A stretch of 64,000 bases of DNA, from assembly GCA_041661505.1 (NCBI GenBank), contig JBAZUF010000002.1, positions 140,201 through 204,200 of the forward strand. The letters are read 5' to 3'. The notes beneath the pieces were generated by a model. The model was given only the letters and a program-made list of their open reading frames with translations. It searched no databases and had not been told where the DNA came from. The DNA is from Patescibacteria group bacterium (lineage in GTDB: Bacteria > Patescibacteriota > Patescibacteriia > Patescibacteriales > JBAZCA01). The number at the start of each line of letters is the position of its first letter. The stretch's first letter is position 1. Positions 44,526 through 54,134 of the stretch are shown here, in pieces. A program made the position numbers and the translations under genes.

Positions 44526-45434
44526 ATGCCCAAAGAAAATACTCATTTATTTTTTGCCCATGAAGTAAAAGCCAAATTTAACCCGGAGCTCGCGGAAATA
44601 ATAAGAAAATACAAAGATTATTATTATCTTGGGTCAGTCGCGCCCGATATTTTCTTTTACGGTTCAAAAAAGGACTGGAAGGTCTCGGCCGCGCTCCACG
44701 GCAAGGACGGCGAGCCCGCCAATAAAATTGTTATCGAAATTCTTGAGTTAGCCAAAGAAAAAAGAAGCCATAAAAATTTAGCCTTTGCTATCGGCTATTT
44801 AACTCATTGCGCTTTGGACGAGGTATTTCATCCGGTAGTGGTTTATCTCACGGGTGATATTTTTTCCGAAGACCCGAAGGTTCTTGGCCGGGCCAATTAT
44901 TTGCACCGGCAATGGGAAACCGAATTGGATGAAGATATAAACGGCCGTTATTTTTTCAGCCAGCTTGTTAAAATCCGGCTGTTCGGCAAGCTGGCTTACC
45001 CTAAAATTATCCGGAAAAGATTCGGACTGCCCTTTAATAAATTTTTTATTCTGGCCAATAAGCACCGGCTGGTAAATTTTTTAACTAGAAGCCGGCCAGC
45101 TTATTATTTACTGAAGCTGTTGGTAAAATCAGGCCTTTATATAAAAAAAGAAGACTTGGCGCTTTGCTATAGTAATTTGGAAAATGAAAAAAAATTAATC
45201 CCTTCCGGTGAAATTGTTTACCGGGATATTATCTCCGGAGTGAACAAAAAAACTTCGGTAGCGGAGCTTTTGGGATCGGCTGAAGCCAAAGCTCTGGTTA
45301 TGATAAACGCCAGCTTCAAATATTTCCGCGGCCAAGCCGGAAAAGAAGAGCTTTTAGAAAAAGTGCCGGGCGAGAGCCTGGAAACCGGGAGAATAAACTG
45401 CCCGACCTCTAAAATTAAATATTTTAAGGAATAA
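44526..45434 (+). CDS. Zinc-dependent phospholipase-C-like family protein (tentative)
   Basis: 302 aa. An N-terminal NTHLFFAHEV, GSVAPDIFFY and HCALDEVFHP resemble the His/Asp metal ligands of the Zn_dep_PLPC fold. Confidence 0.5.
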   Translation: MPKENTHLFFAHEVKAKFNPELAEIIRKYKDYYYLGSVAPDIFFYGSKKDWKVSAALHGKDGEPANKIVIEILELAKEKRSHKNLAFAIGYLTHCALDEVFHPVVVYLTGDIFSEDPKVLGRANYLHRQWETELDEDINGRYFFSQLVKIRLFGKLAYPKIIRKRFGLPFNKFFILANKHRLVNFLTRSRPAYYLLKLLVKSGLYIKKEDLALCYSNLENEKKLIPSGEIVYRDIISGVNKKTSVAELLGSAEAKALVMINASFKYFRGQAGKEELLEKVPGESLETGRINCPTSKIKYFKE

Positions 45435-45435
45435 A

Positions 45436-46062
45436 ATGCATCGTAAAAAGGCGGAAAAACGAATTTTCAGCCTGGGCTATAAGTGCGTAGCCGGAATTGA
45501 CGAAGTTGGACGGGGGCCTTTAGCCGGGCCGGTGGTTTCGGCTTGCGTAGCCCTGGATCCCGGACATGTTTTTAAGGACAAGGAATTAAAAAAAATCAGA
45601 GATTCAAAATTATTGGCTGAAAAGACGCGAGAGAGGATATATGATCTCTTGATGAATGAAGAAATCGATATTGGCATTGGATTTTGCCCGGAAAAAATGA
45701 TCGACAAGGTAAATATTTTTCAGGCCAGCTTTCTTTCCATGCAGGCGGCCCTGGAAAACATGCTCGTAGAGCCGGACTACGTTTTTATTGACGGAAAATT
45801 CCGGCTTCCGGATTGTCCTATCCGGCAGGAAGCCGTTATCGGCGGGGACAATAAAATCTTCGTAATCGCCGCCGCCGGGATAATCGCCAAAGTGACCCGC
45901 GATCGGCTAATGCGTAAATGGCATGAGCATTTTCCCCAATATGGGTTTGACCGGCACAAAGGCTACGGGACGCGTCTGCACGAAGAAATGATCAAGCTCC
46001 ACGGCCCTTCGCCTATCCACCGGAAAAGCTTTTCGCCCGTATCTAATTGGAGCCGGTTGTAG
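45436..46062 (+). CDS. rnhB: Ribonuclease HII
   Basis: AGIDEVGRGPLAGPVVSACV, DSKLL, FIDG and KGYGT motifs. Confidence 0.92.
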   Translation: MHRKKAEKRIFSLGYKCVAGIDEVGRGPLAGPVVSACVALDPGHVFKDKELKKIRDSKLLAEKTRERIYDLLMNEEIDIGIGFCPEKMIDKVNIFQASFLSMQAALENMLVEPDYVFIDGKFRLPDCPIRQEAVIGGDNKIFVIAAAGIIAKVTRDRLMRKWHEHFPQYGFDRHKGYGTRLHEEMIKLHGPSPIHRKSFSPVSNWSRL

Positions 46063-46135
46063 AGAAAAGCTTATTGGGATATAATTAAATAGCAAAAGGT
46101 TTTTACGTAAAAAAATATTCGCTGCTAAAACATAT

Positions 46136-46684
46136 ATGATAACAGGGGGAAACGCGCTTTTAGACGCAAAATTCATACTCGCCCGCGCCCAAATCAAAGA
46201 AGGGATGCAGGTCGCCGATTTAGGCTGCGGAGCATCGGGGCATTTTGTATTTCCATCGGCAAGAATAGTAGGGAAAAAGGGGACGGTTTACGCGGTGGAT
46301 ATAATGAAAACAATTTTACAGTCGATTGAAAAGCGCGCCAAGCTCGAAAACCTCCAAAACATCCAAACCGTTTGGAGCGATTTGGAAATATTCGGCGCGA
46401 CTAAAATCGATTCCGGAAAACTGGACGTGGCTATGCTTATTAATACGTTATACCAGTCAAAGAAACGGATGGAAATAGTAAGGGAGGCAGTCCGTTTGAT
46501 AAAAAAAGGAGGTAAGCTCATCGTAGTTGAGTGGAAAAACTCGGCTCTGCCTTTCGGCCCGTCGATTGAAAATCGGGTGGAAAAGGATTTGTTAAAAAAT
46601 GGATCGGCTAAGCTTGGATTAAAGATCGAAGAAGAGTTCGAAGCCGGAGACTATCATTACGGAATTATTTTTGATAAGCTTTAG
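46136..46684 (+). CDS. Class I SAM-dependent methyltransferase
   Basis: 182 aa with motif I VADLGCGASGHF, followed by a Rossmann-like layout (VYAVDI, GGKLIVVEW). Confidence 0.75.
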   Translation: MITGGNALLDAKFILARAQIKEGMQVADLGCGASGHFVFPSARIVGKKGTVYAVDIMKTILQSIEKRAKLENLQNIQTVWSDLEIFGATKIDSGKLDVAMLINTLYQSKKRMEIVREAVRLIKKGGKLIVVEWKNSALPFGPSIENRVEKDLLKNGSAKLGLKIEEEFEAGDYHYGIIFDKL

Positions 46685-46790
46685 ACCCTGGGCCGGGGAA
46701 GAGCGAATGTTTTGCTTTTCCGGAAGAAGCCGGAAATGAAAATTGCGATATTGACTAAAAATAAAACTTGATATAATATTTCCTAAAACT

Positions 46791-47180
46791 ATGGGAAATT
46801 TGACGAGCTATAAATATTGGATAATGCTTAACCCGGGGCCGCTTGCGCCACTTATGCAAAACGCCCTTATCGCCTTTGCCGCGGCTTTATTTTTGGCCGT
46901 AATTGGATTAGCATATTTTAAAAGGAAGAACCGGAAAAATGCCTATTTCTCGGTAATGGGAAAATTGTCAAACCTGGCTTTAGCCAATTTTATTATCAGC
47001 CTTTTTTTGCTTTTCTTTACTTTCGAGGCTATTCCGTTTTTTTCCAGCCGGTTTTGGTTTTTGCTCTGGGGAGCGGGCATTCTCGCCTGGGCTTATTTTA
47101 TCTTTAGGCATTCCGCCGCCATTCCGCAAAAAAGGCTACAGATCGAAAAAGACCGCGAATTTAGGAAATATGTCCCATAA
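46791..47180 (+). CDS. Small polytopic membrane protein
   Basis: 129 aa with three hydrophobic helices. No family recognised. Confidence 0.5.
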   Translation: MGNLTSYKYWIMLNPGPLAPLMQNALIAFAAALFLAVIGLAYFKRKNRKNAYFSVMGKLSNLALANFIISLFLLFFTFEAIPFFSSRFWFLLWGAGILAWAYFIFRHSAAIPQKRLQIEKDREFRKYVP

Positions 47181-47191
47181 ATTTTCGGGCT

Positions 47192-47554
47192 ATGCACTAT
47201 AACTTGCGAGTCGGCCGGTTTGGAGAAGAAGTAGCCCGCCGCTACTTATCAGGCAAAGGCTACCGGATTATTGAGAACAATTTGAAATTAAGCTATAAAG
47301 AAATCGATATTATCGCCCTGCAAGGCGATATTTTAGTTTTTATTGAAGTGAAAACCCGGACTTCAGGCGGGCTGGGAGGGGCGGTTATGGCAATAGAGGG
47401 AAGAAAAATCAGCCGGATGAAGAAAGCGGCCGGCCACTATTTGCGGGCGTATAAAGGCCGTAAATTCGATAAGGTGCGCCTCGACTTCCTCTCTTTAGAC
47501 GTGAACAAAGAGACAAAAACCGTTAAAATAAAACATTTTTGCGATATTGTCTAG
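47192..47554 (+). CDS. yraN: YraN-family (UPF0102) endonuclease-like protein
   Basis: GRFGEEVARRYLSGKGYRIIENNLKLSYKEIDIIALQGDILVFIEVKTR shows the PD-(D/E)xK-like ExK core. Confidence 0.85.
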   Translation: MHYNLRVGRFGEEVARRYLSGKGYRIIENNLKLSYKEIDIIALQGDILVFIEVKTRTSGGLGGAVMAIEGRKISRMKKAAGHYLRAYKGRKFDKVRLDFLSLDVNKETKTVKIKHFCDIV

Positions 47555-47768
47555 TTTGTTTCCTAATAGTACCAGGCGGACGGCATTTTTGGGAGAAAAA
47601 GGATTGACAATTATTACTGCTCGGTTAAGATAACATAATGCAAGATTAGTCCGCGCTCTTTTTAAGCCAGCTCTTTTAAAGCATTGTTCCATGTTCATTG
47701 AAAAATAAAAACAAATCTTAAAGGTCGAACTTATTATTAAAGCCGTTAAAGGGGGGAACTTAGAATAT

Positions 47769-49187
47769 ATGACTTACTTTAAAAGATTCCTCATAATCGC
47801 AATACTAAGTTTGACCGGCTTTGCGTTCTCTTCCTTAAAATTACACGCCGCTACTATAAATCCGCCGGCTATTTCTGAAGTAAATAGGGGTGTGGAAAAT
47901 ACTTTAGTTAAACCAATGATCACCGGAACCACCGATCCGGAAACCGAAGTTTTAATCTACGTGGACGGAAGTTATGTCGGGGAAGGAAGCATTTCAGCTT
48001 ATGGCCAAAGAGATAATTTTTATTTCCAGGCAACTGAAAGCTTAACCGAAGGCTCCCACAGCGTTATGGCTATCGCCCGGGATAATTTCTCTCGGGTCTT
48101 GTCAGCGCCTTCGCAGTCCGTGAGTTTCATTGTCCCGCCTTCTGATTATTCGTACGAAACGACTGTTTCCGAGGAAAATACAGAAGCGGCCAGCATAGAG
48201 TCAGCCGCAATATCCGCGCCGACTTTAATCCGGCCCAATGAAAATACCGTAACTTCAAACCAAAAAGAAAAAATTGCCGGTTTAACCCAATCCGGGACCA
48301 GGGTTTTAGTCTATATAGACGGAAACCTTGATGGAAAGACTAAAGTAATTACCCATTCTTCGGGCACGGGCGCTTTTTACTACCAGCCCGCCAAAAAACT
48401 TAGCCGAGGAGAGCATAAGGTTCAGGCAATCGCCGAAAATACGGATGGCGAGGAAAGCCTGGCTTCGGAAGCGATGTCATTTACCATCGAATATCCGATG
48501 CCGGCGCCGACCTTGATCAAAGCTGTCGTAAACGCGAAGACTGTTTCCACCCGCCCTTTTATTGCCGGAGTCGCCAAGAATAATTCCAGCGTCAATGTTT
48601 ACATTGACAAGAAGCTGGATGGCCGCTTCGAAGTAGAAAACGATTCTTCGGGAACAGCCAATTTTGCCTACCAGCCGTCAATGAACCTCTCTAAAAAGAC
48701 AACTCATAGGATTTATACCACGGCAACCGATACAAGAGGAAAAGAAAGCATTCGGTCAAATTCAATTTATTATACCTATCCGCGGACAACTTCAACCGGA
48801 AAGATAGATGGCACTGCGAAAATCAGCAGTACGCCAACAAACACCCTGTCGGCCGCGACTAGCACGCCAAAAGAAGAGACTGAAAAACCCGTGGCCAGCC
48901 CTAAAGAAAGCAATTTAAGCAATATCTTAAATCAGGATAAGGGCCAGGTTTCAGAGAAAGTTAGCTCTTCAACTATTTGGACAACGATACAAAGCAAGAT
49001 TAGCCTTAATCTAATCATATTTCTCGTATTCCTCGTTGGAGTAATCGGCTGGATTGCCTGGGTAAACCGGGAACTGGCCAAAGAAAGAAAAGAGCGGGAA
49101 GCCGGACTGGCTGAAAGCCAGTTGCCGGAACCGGACAAAAGATCCGAAAATCCCTACGACATATTCGGCCCGCATAAAAATATTTAA
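47769..49187 (+). CDS. Cell-surface protein with three tandem Ig-like domains and a C-terminal TM anchor
   Basis: 472 aa with a signal peptide. Three homologous units appear (TGTTDPETEVLIYVDGSYVGEG, AGLTQSGTRVLVYIDGNLDGKT, AGVAKNNSSVNVYIDKKLDGRF), then a Ser/Thr-rich linker and a TM helix. Confidence 0.65.
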   Translation: MTYFKRFLIIAILSLTGFAFSSLKLHAATINPPAISEVNRGVENTLVKPMITGTTDPETEVLIYVDGSYVGEGSISAYGQRDNFYFQATESLTEGSHSVMAIARDNFSRVLSAPSQSVSFIVPPSDYSYETTVSEENTEAASIESAAISAPTLIRPNENTVTSNQKEKIAGLTQSGTRVLVYIDGNLDGKTKVITHSSGTGAFYYQPAKKLSRGEHKVQAIAENTDGEESLASEAMSFTIEYPMPAPTLIKAVVNAKTVSTRPFIAGVAKNNSSVNVYIDKKLDGRFEVENDSSGTANFAYQPSMNLSKKTTHRIYTTATDTRGKESIRSNSIYYTYPRTTSTGKIDGTAKISSTPTNTLSAATSTPKEETEKPVASPKESNLSNILNQDKGQVSEKVSSSTIWTTIQSKISLNLIIFLVFLVGVIGWIAWVNRELAKERKEREAGLAESQLPEPDKRSENPYDIFGPHKNI

Positions 49188-49253
49188 AACAAAAATTTGC
49201 CGTTTGCCTGAAATATTTATTGATCAATCAGGCCAGACGGGCCCCTTTTTAAC

Positions 49254-49285
49254 AAAATCCCGCATTTCGCGGGATTTTGTTTTTA
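49254..49285 (+). terminator. Rho-independent terminator
   Basis: Stem AAAATCCCGC/GCGGGATTTT (49254-49263 / 49269-49278), then GTTTTT. Confidence 0.7.
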
Positions 49286-49351
49286 CGGCAAATGTGCGAT
49301 AATTTAGTTAATAAAGGAATCGTTAAGTTTGGAGACTATTTGAAAAAGTAT

Positions 49352-50578
49352 ATGGCAAAAGAACTAAAATTTCCAAAGGGGTTTTTATGGGGCGCTTCAA
49401 CGTCTCCGCACCAAATTGAAGGCGGGAATACTAACGACTGGAGCCAGTGGGAAAAATCTCCAAAGCGGATTTATGAATTAAAAAAGGCCGGGAAAAACCC
49501 GGATGATTTTATCAGTGGAATGGCCTGCGATTCGTATAATAGATACGAAGAGGATTTTGATTTGGCTTTGGCTATGAATAATAACGCCCACCGGCTGGGC
49601 GCGGACTGGGCGCGGATTATGCCGGAAAAAGGAAAGATTGATATGAATGAGGTGGAGCATTACAGAAAGGTGCTACTAGCTTTAAAAAAAAGGGGGTTAA
49701 AAGTTAATTTTACTTTATGGCATTGGCCTTTTCCTTTGTGGATCGCGGAGCAAGGCGGATGGGCGAATAAAAATAATATTAAATATTTTTCCGAGTACGC
49801 TGATATTATGTCCCGGGAACTCGGCGAATATGTTGATTTCTGGGTGACTTTAAACGAGCCGATGATACATGCCGGGCATGGATATATTGACGGCAAATTT
49901 CCTCCGCATAGGAAAAGTGATTTTTTTGGCGCCTGGAAGGCGGCTAATAATTTAGCGGCCGCTCACAACAAAGCCTATAAGGTTATCCATAATAATTGCC
50001 CCGGCGCCCAGGTGGGCGTAACTAACGTAACCGGCTATTTTGAGCCGGCCCATAAATGGAATTTAATTGAAAAATTGGCAGTAAAGATTGCCGCTTACTT
50101 CAGAAACGAGTGGTTTCTAGATAAAATTAAAGGAAGTTTTGAATTTATCGGAGTTAATTATTACCACCATATCCGCTTAAGCTGTATTCCGCCGTTTATT
50201 CGGAACGAGAATAAGTTAGTGTCGGACTTCGGCTGGGAGATTTACCCGGAAGGGATTTATCACGTCATCATGGGTTATAAAAAATATAGGAAGCCGATTT
50301 ATATTTTGGAAAATGGAGTAGCAGACGCTAAAGATGAACTAAGAAAAGATTTTATTATAAACCATCTAAAATATGTGCAACAGGCGATTTCCAAAGGCGC
50401 GGACGTCCGCGGTTATTTTTATTGGTCGCTTTTAGATAATTTTGAATGGGCCGACGGCTACGCCATGAAATTCGGCTTACACGCGGTGGATCGGAAAACT
50501 TTTAAAAGAACGCCCCGTCCGAGCGCCAGAGTTTATGGAGAAATTTGTAAGAATAATTCACTTACGATTGATGAATAG
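49352..50578 (+). CDS. GH1-family beta-glucosidase
   Basis: FPKGFLWGASTSPHQIEGG, the acid/base motif TLNEP and the nucleophile motif YILENG. The ATG at 49352 is used. Confidence 0.87.
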   Translation: MAKELKFPKGFLWGASTSPHQIEGGNTNDWSQWEKSPKRIYELKKAGKNPDDFISGMACDSYNRYEEDFDLALAMNNNAHRLGADWARIMPEKGKIDMNEVEHYRKVLLALKKRGLKVNFTLWHWPFPLWIAEQGGWANKNNIKYFSEYADIMSRELGEYVDFWVTLNEPMIHAGHGYIDGKFPPHRKSDFFGAWKAANNLAAAHNKAYKVIHNNCPGAQVGVTNVTGYFEPAHKWNLIEKLAVKIAAYFRNEWFLDKIKGSFEFIGVNYYHHIRLSCIPPFIRNENKLVSDFGWEIYPEGIYHVIMGYKKYRKPIYILENGVADAKDELRKDFIINHLKYVQQAISKGADVRGYFYWSLLDNFEWADGYAMKFGLHAVDRKTFKRTPRPSARVYGEICKNNSLTIDE

Positions 50579-50601
50579 CAGGCTTTATTATTGCTCAAAT
50601 G

Positions 50602-50630
50602 AAAAATCCTCCATAGCCGGAGGATTTTTT
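50602..50630. terminator. Bidirectional hairpin terminator between convergent genes
   Basis: Stem AAAATCCTCC/GGAGGATTTT (50603-50612 / 50619-50628), flanked by A-run and T-run. Confidence 0.7.
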
Positions 50631-50644
50631 AGTGGAATTGCTAT

Positions 50645-51820
50645 TTAGGATAAGCGGTTTTTGTAATCCTCGTAGCCGAATTTTTTTATACTTTTTATTT
50701 TTCCCTTCAAGTCTTTAATTAGAATGGACGGGAGATTGATGCCGTTAAAAGTATTATTTTTTACCATGGTGTAGTGGGCCATGTCGAGGAAAATGAGCTT
50801 ATCCCCGCGGTTTAATTTTTTCGGGAAAGAATAGTCGCCGATTACGTCCCCGGCAAGGCAGGATATACCTCCTAACCGATAGGTATAGCGGTATTTTCCG
50901 GCGGGCCTAGCCCCGGCGATTTCCGGCCGGTAGGGCATTTCCAAGGTGTCCGGCATATGGGCGGCGGCGGAAGTATCTAATATGGCTATGCGTTTTTCGT
51001 TATGGACAATGTCCAATACCCGGGCGACTAATACTCCGGTATTTAAGGCAATGGCTTCGCCAGGCTCTAAATAAACCTCCAGGTGCGGGTATTTTTTCTT
51101 AAACCGGGTAATAATTTCGACCAGCAGTTTCCGGTTGTAGTCCGGCCGGGTGATATGATGCCCGCCGCCGAAATTGACCCATTTCATCTTTGGCAAAAAC
51201 TCGCCGAATTTTCTTTCAAAAGCCATTAGAGTCCGTTCGAGCGAATCGGCGTTTAGCTCGCATAAGGCGTGGAAATGCAGCCCCGAGACGCCTTGGAGTT
51301 CTTTAGCCTTAAAATTTTTCTTGGTAATTCCTAGCCGGGAATAAGGGGCGCTTGGGTCATAAAGGCTAACTTTTACTTCCCGGTGCTCGGGATTAACTCT
51401 TAAGCCAACGGAAATTTTTTTCCGGGATTTTTTAAGCGCGGGCCGGAAACGCTTCCACTCTTCAAAGGAGTTAAAAATAATGTGGTTACTATATTTCATT
51501 ATTTCCGCGAATTCATCTTCCTTAAAGGCGGGTGAAAAGGTATGCACTTCTTTCCTAAATTCTTCAGCTCCGAGCCGGGCTTCGTTTTGAGAACTGGCCG
51601 CTATGCCTTTCAAATATTTCCTCGCTAAAGGGAAAGTGCTCCACATAGCAAAGCCCTTAAAGGCCATTAAGATTTTCGCGCCGGTTGCCTCCTGTACCTC
51701 ATTTAATATTTCCAGGTTTTTTTTCAGTAATTTAAAATCCACCAAATAGCAGGGCGTTGGCAAACTTTTTACTTTTAGATTTTTCCAATCTTCGGGCTTA
51801 GCCCAGAAAATATCAGCCAT
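50645..51820 (-). CDS. nspC: Carboxy(nor)spermidine decarboxylase
   Basis: 391 aa with an alanine-racemase-fold PLP decarboxylase pattern (PTPCYLVD, GGGHH, EPGEAI). It is adjacent to the CANSDH gene, with a 1-nt gap. Confidence 0.85.
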   Translation of the reverse strand: MADIFWAKPEDWKNLKVKSLPTPCYLVDFKLLKKNLEILNEVQEATGAKILMAFKGFAMWSTFPLARKYLKGIAASSQNEARLGAEEFRKEVHTFSPAFKEDEFAEIMKYSNHIIFNSFEEWKRFRPALKKSRKKISVGLRVNPEHREVKVSLYDPSAPYSRLGITKKNFKAKELQGVSGLHFHALCELNADSLERTLMAFERKFGEFLPKMKWVNFGGGHHITRPDYNRKLLVEIITRFKKKYPHLEVYLEPGEAIALNTGVLVARVLDIVHNEKRIAILDTSAAAHMPDTLEMPYRPEIAGARPAGKYRYTYRLGGISCLAGDVIGDYSFPKKLNRGDKLIFLDMAHYTMVKNNTFNGINLPSILIKDLKGKIKSIKKFGYEDYKNRLS

Positions 51821-51821
51821 A

Positions 51822-53072
51822 TTAATAATTTTTCTTTAACGGGGCCGGCAGGTCTTTTAATTCTTTAACGACCCACGGCAAGCCGTTTTTACCCAGCTCT
51901 TTTAAGAATACTTTGGAATCAAGCATTTTATCTTCCGGGGTAACAACACCAGCGCCGGACCACTTGCCGGTTAGAACCATCTGGGCGGCGGTCACGGTCG
52001 GGACAGCAGTCGTATAGCCAATGGCGTTTCCTCCGGTTTCGCGAAAGGCTTTTTGATGGTCGCAGACATTATATATGTAAACCACTTTCTTTTTCGCGTT
52101 TTTTACGCCGGAGATGATATTGCCGATATTGGTCTTGCCTTTGTAGCTTTTATTAAAATCTTCGCCTTTTGGCAGAATGGCCTTTAAAAATTTGACCGGC
52201 ACTACCTCGCATTTATCATATTTAACCGGATCAATCCGGGTCAGGCCGACATTATAAAGCACGCGCAAGTATGTCAGGTAAGCCGGGGAAAAAGTCATCC
52301 AAAACCGAATGCGCTTTAAGTCCGGAAGATGATTAACCAGAGTTTCCATTTCTTCGTGGTACATGAGATAGGGAGTAAATTTGCCGGCTTGGGGAAAGTC
52401 GAACTCGAAAAAGGCCGCTTCTTCGTCAATCAGCCGTCCGCGAGTTTTCCATTTTCCGTTTTCCCAAAACTCAACCGGCAGAATCAGCTCGCGTAAATTG
52501 ATTTCCGGATCAAAATTCGGGGCGAATTTTATTTTTTTGTCTTTGGATCCGCCGTTACAGTCCAATATGTCAACCGTATGGATTTTATCGAATAAATAAT
52601 CCCGGGCATAAGCACTAAAGATGTTAGACACTCCGGGGTCAAAGCCCATGCCGGTGATAGCTAAAAGCCCTTTCTTTTTAAAGGCCGCGTTTTTAGCCAG
52701 TTGTTTTTTATAGGAAAAGCCGTATTTGGCCGGATGCTCATAGCAGGCGGTATCAATATAATTTACGCCGTATTTTAGGCAGGCGTCCATCATTACCAGG
52801 TTATCGTAAGGATGACCCCAATTGATTACCAGTTCGGGCTTTATCTTTTTTAGTAAGCCGTAGAATGTTTTAGGGCTACTAACATTAGCAACGTGGAGGC
52901 GTAAGTTTACTTTTCCTTTAGTTTTCTTTTTTATCGAATCGCTTACCGCCTTCATTTTTTTTTCGGTCCGGCTGACAACATGAATCTCGGAAAAAATATC
53001 CGGCTGCTGGCTCATCTTATGGAGCCCGACCGAGCCCACGTTTCCGCAGCCGATGACTAAAATTTTAGCCAT
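51822..53072 (-). CDS. Carboxy(nor)spermidine synthase/dehydrogenase (saccharopine-dehydrogenase-like)
   Basis: 416 aa with the Rossmann motif ILVIGCGNVGS, plus GFDPGVSN and FAPNFDPEINLRE. Confidence 0.85.
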   Translation of the reverse strand: MAKILVIGCGNVGSVGLHKMSQQPDIFSEIHVVSRTEKKMKAVSDSIKKKTKGKVNLRLHVANVSSPKTFYGLLKKIKPELVINWGHPYDNLVMMDACLKYGVNYIDTACYEHPAKYGFSYKKQLAKNAAFKKKGLLAITGMGFDPGVSNIFSAYARDYLFDKIHTVDILDCNGGSKDKKIKFAPNFDPEINLRELILPVEFWENGKWKTRGRLIDEEAAFFEFDFPQAGKFTPYLMYHEEMETLVNHLPDLKRIRFWMTFSPAYLTYLRVLYNVGLTRIDPVKYDKCEVVPVKFLKAILPKGEDFNKSYKGKTNIGNIISGVKNAKKKVVYIYNVCDHQKAFRETGGNAIGYTTAVPTVTAAQMVLTGKWSGAGVVTPEDKMLDSKVFLKELGKNGLPWVVKELKDLPAPLKKNY

Positions 53073-53275
53073 AGATTTTTATTTAGAATAATTTTTAAAA
53101 ATTATCTAAGATAAGCTAAGGTTTCTATAAAAATTTTACTATGCTAGGTTTTATATGTCAATCAAATTTATACTTGCTTTTTCTTTTAGAAGATTATATG
53201 GTATTTAGCTAATATTGTTAATTATCTGAAAGGTGATAGAATTAATAACGAGGCAATAATCCAATAAATGCGACT

Positions 53276-54133
53276 ATGAAGAAAAAAATAGTAACTATCG
53301 CGGCTATTCAAACGGCCGTGTCCCGCGATAAAAATGCCAACCTGGAAAAAACAATCAGGATGGTTAAGGGAGCGGCGAAAAAGGGCGCGAAAATTATTTG
53401 CTTGCAAGAACTATTCAGCTCGATTTATTTTCCCCAGGAGAAAAAGGCCGCTTATGAAAAATATTCGGATACCATTCCCGGCGAGCTGACCAAGCGTTTT
53501 AGCGAACTGGCTCGCAAGCTGGGAGTCGTTATAATTCTGCCTCTTTTTGAAAAAGCTAAAGACGGGCATTATTATAACTCGGTCGTGGTAATTAATGAAA
53601 AAGGGAAATTATTAGATACTTACCGGAAGATCCATATTCCATATGATGAAAGGTATTATGAAAAGAATTACTTTAAAGAAGGGAATAAGGGCTACAGAAT
53701 TTATAAAACCAAGTACGCTGATTTCGCGGTTTTAATCTGCTATGACCAATGGTTTCCCGAAGCGGCAAGAATGGCGGCTTTAGGCGGCGCGGAAATTATA
53801 TTTTACCCGACGGCGATCGGAACAATAATCGGCGATAAAGACAATTATGGCGACTGGCATAACGCCTGGGAAACAGTGCAAAGGGGGCATGCGATAGCGA
53901 ATAGCGTGAATGTCGTAGCCGTAAACCGGGTCGGACGGGAAGATAAGATAAATTTCTGGGGCCAGTCTTTCGTCGCTGACGCTTTTGGAAAGATTATAAA
54001 AAAAGCGAGTGCTAAAAAAGACGAGACAATAATCGCCAAACTGGATCTTGGCTTAAATAACCATATCCGAAAAGAATGGGGCTTTTTTACCAATCGTCGG
54101 CCAGATACCTATAAACTGGGTTCTAAAAAATAA
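53276..54133 (+). CDS. aguB: N-carbamoylputrescine amidase (CN-hydrolase family)
   Basis: 285 aa with nitrilase-superfamily E-K-C context (ICLQELF, YRKIHIP, VLICYDQWFPE). It lies directly upstream of agmatine deiminase. Confidence 0.82.
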   Translation: MKKKIVTIAAIQTAVSRDKNANLEKTIRMVKGAAKKGAKIICLQELFSSIYFPQEKKAAYEKYSDTIPGELTKRFSELARKLGVVIILPLFEKAKDGHYYNSVVVINEKGKLLDTYRKIHIPYDERYYEKNYFKEGNKGYRIYKTKYADFAVLICYDQWFPEAARMAALGGAEIIFYPTAIGTIIGDKDNYGDWHNAWETVQRGHAIANSVNVVAVNRVGREDKINFWGQSFVADAFGKIIKKASAKKDETIIAKLDLGLNNHIRKEWGFFTNRRPDTYKLGSKK

Positions 54134-54134
54134 A

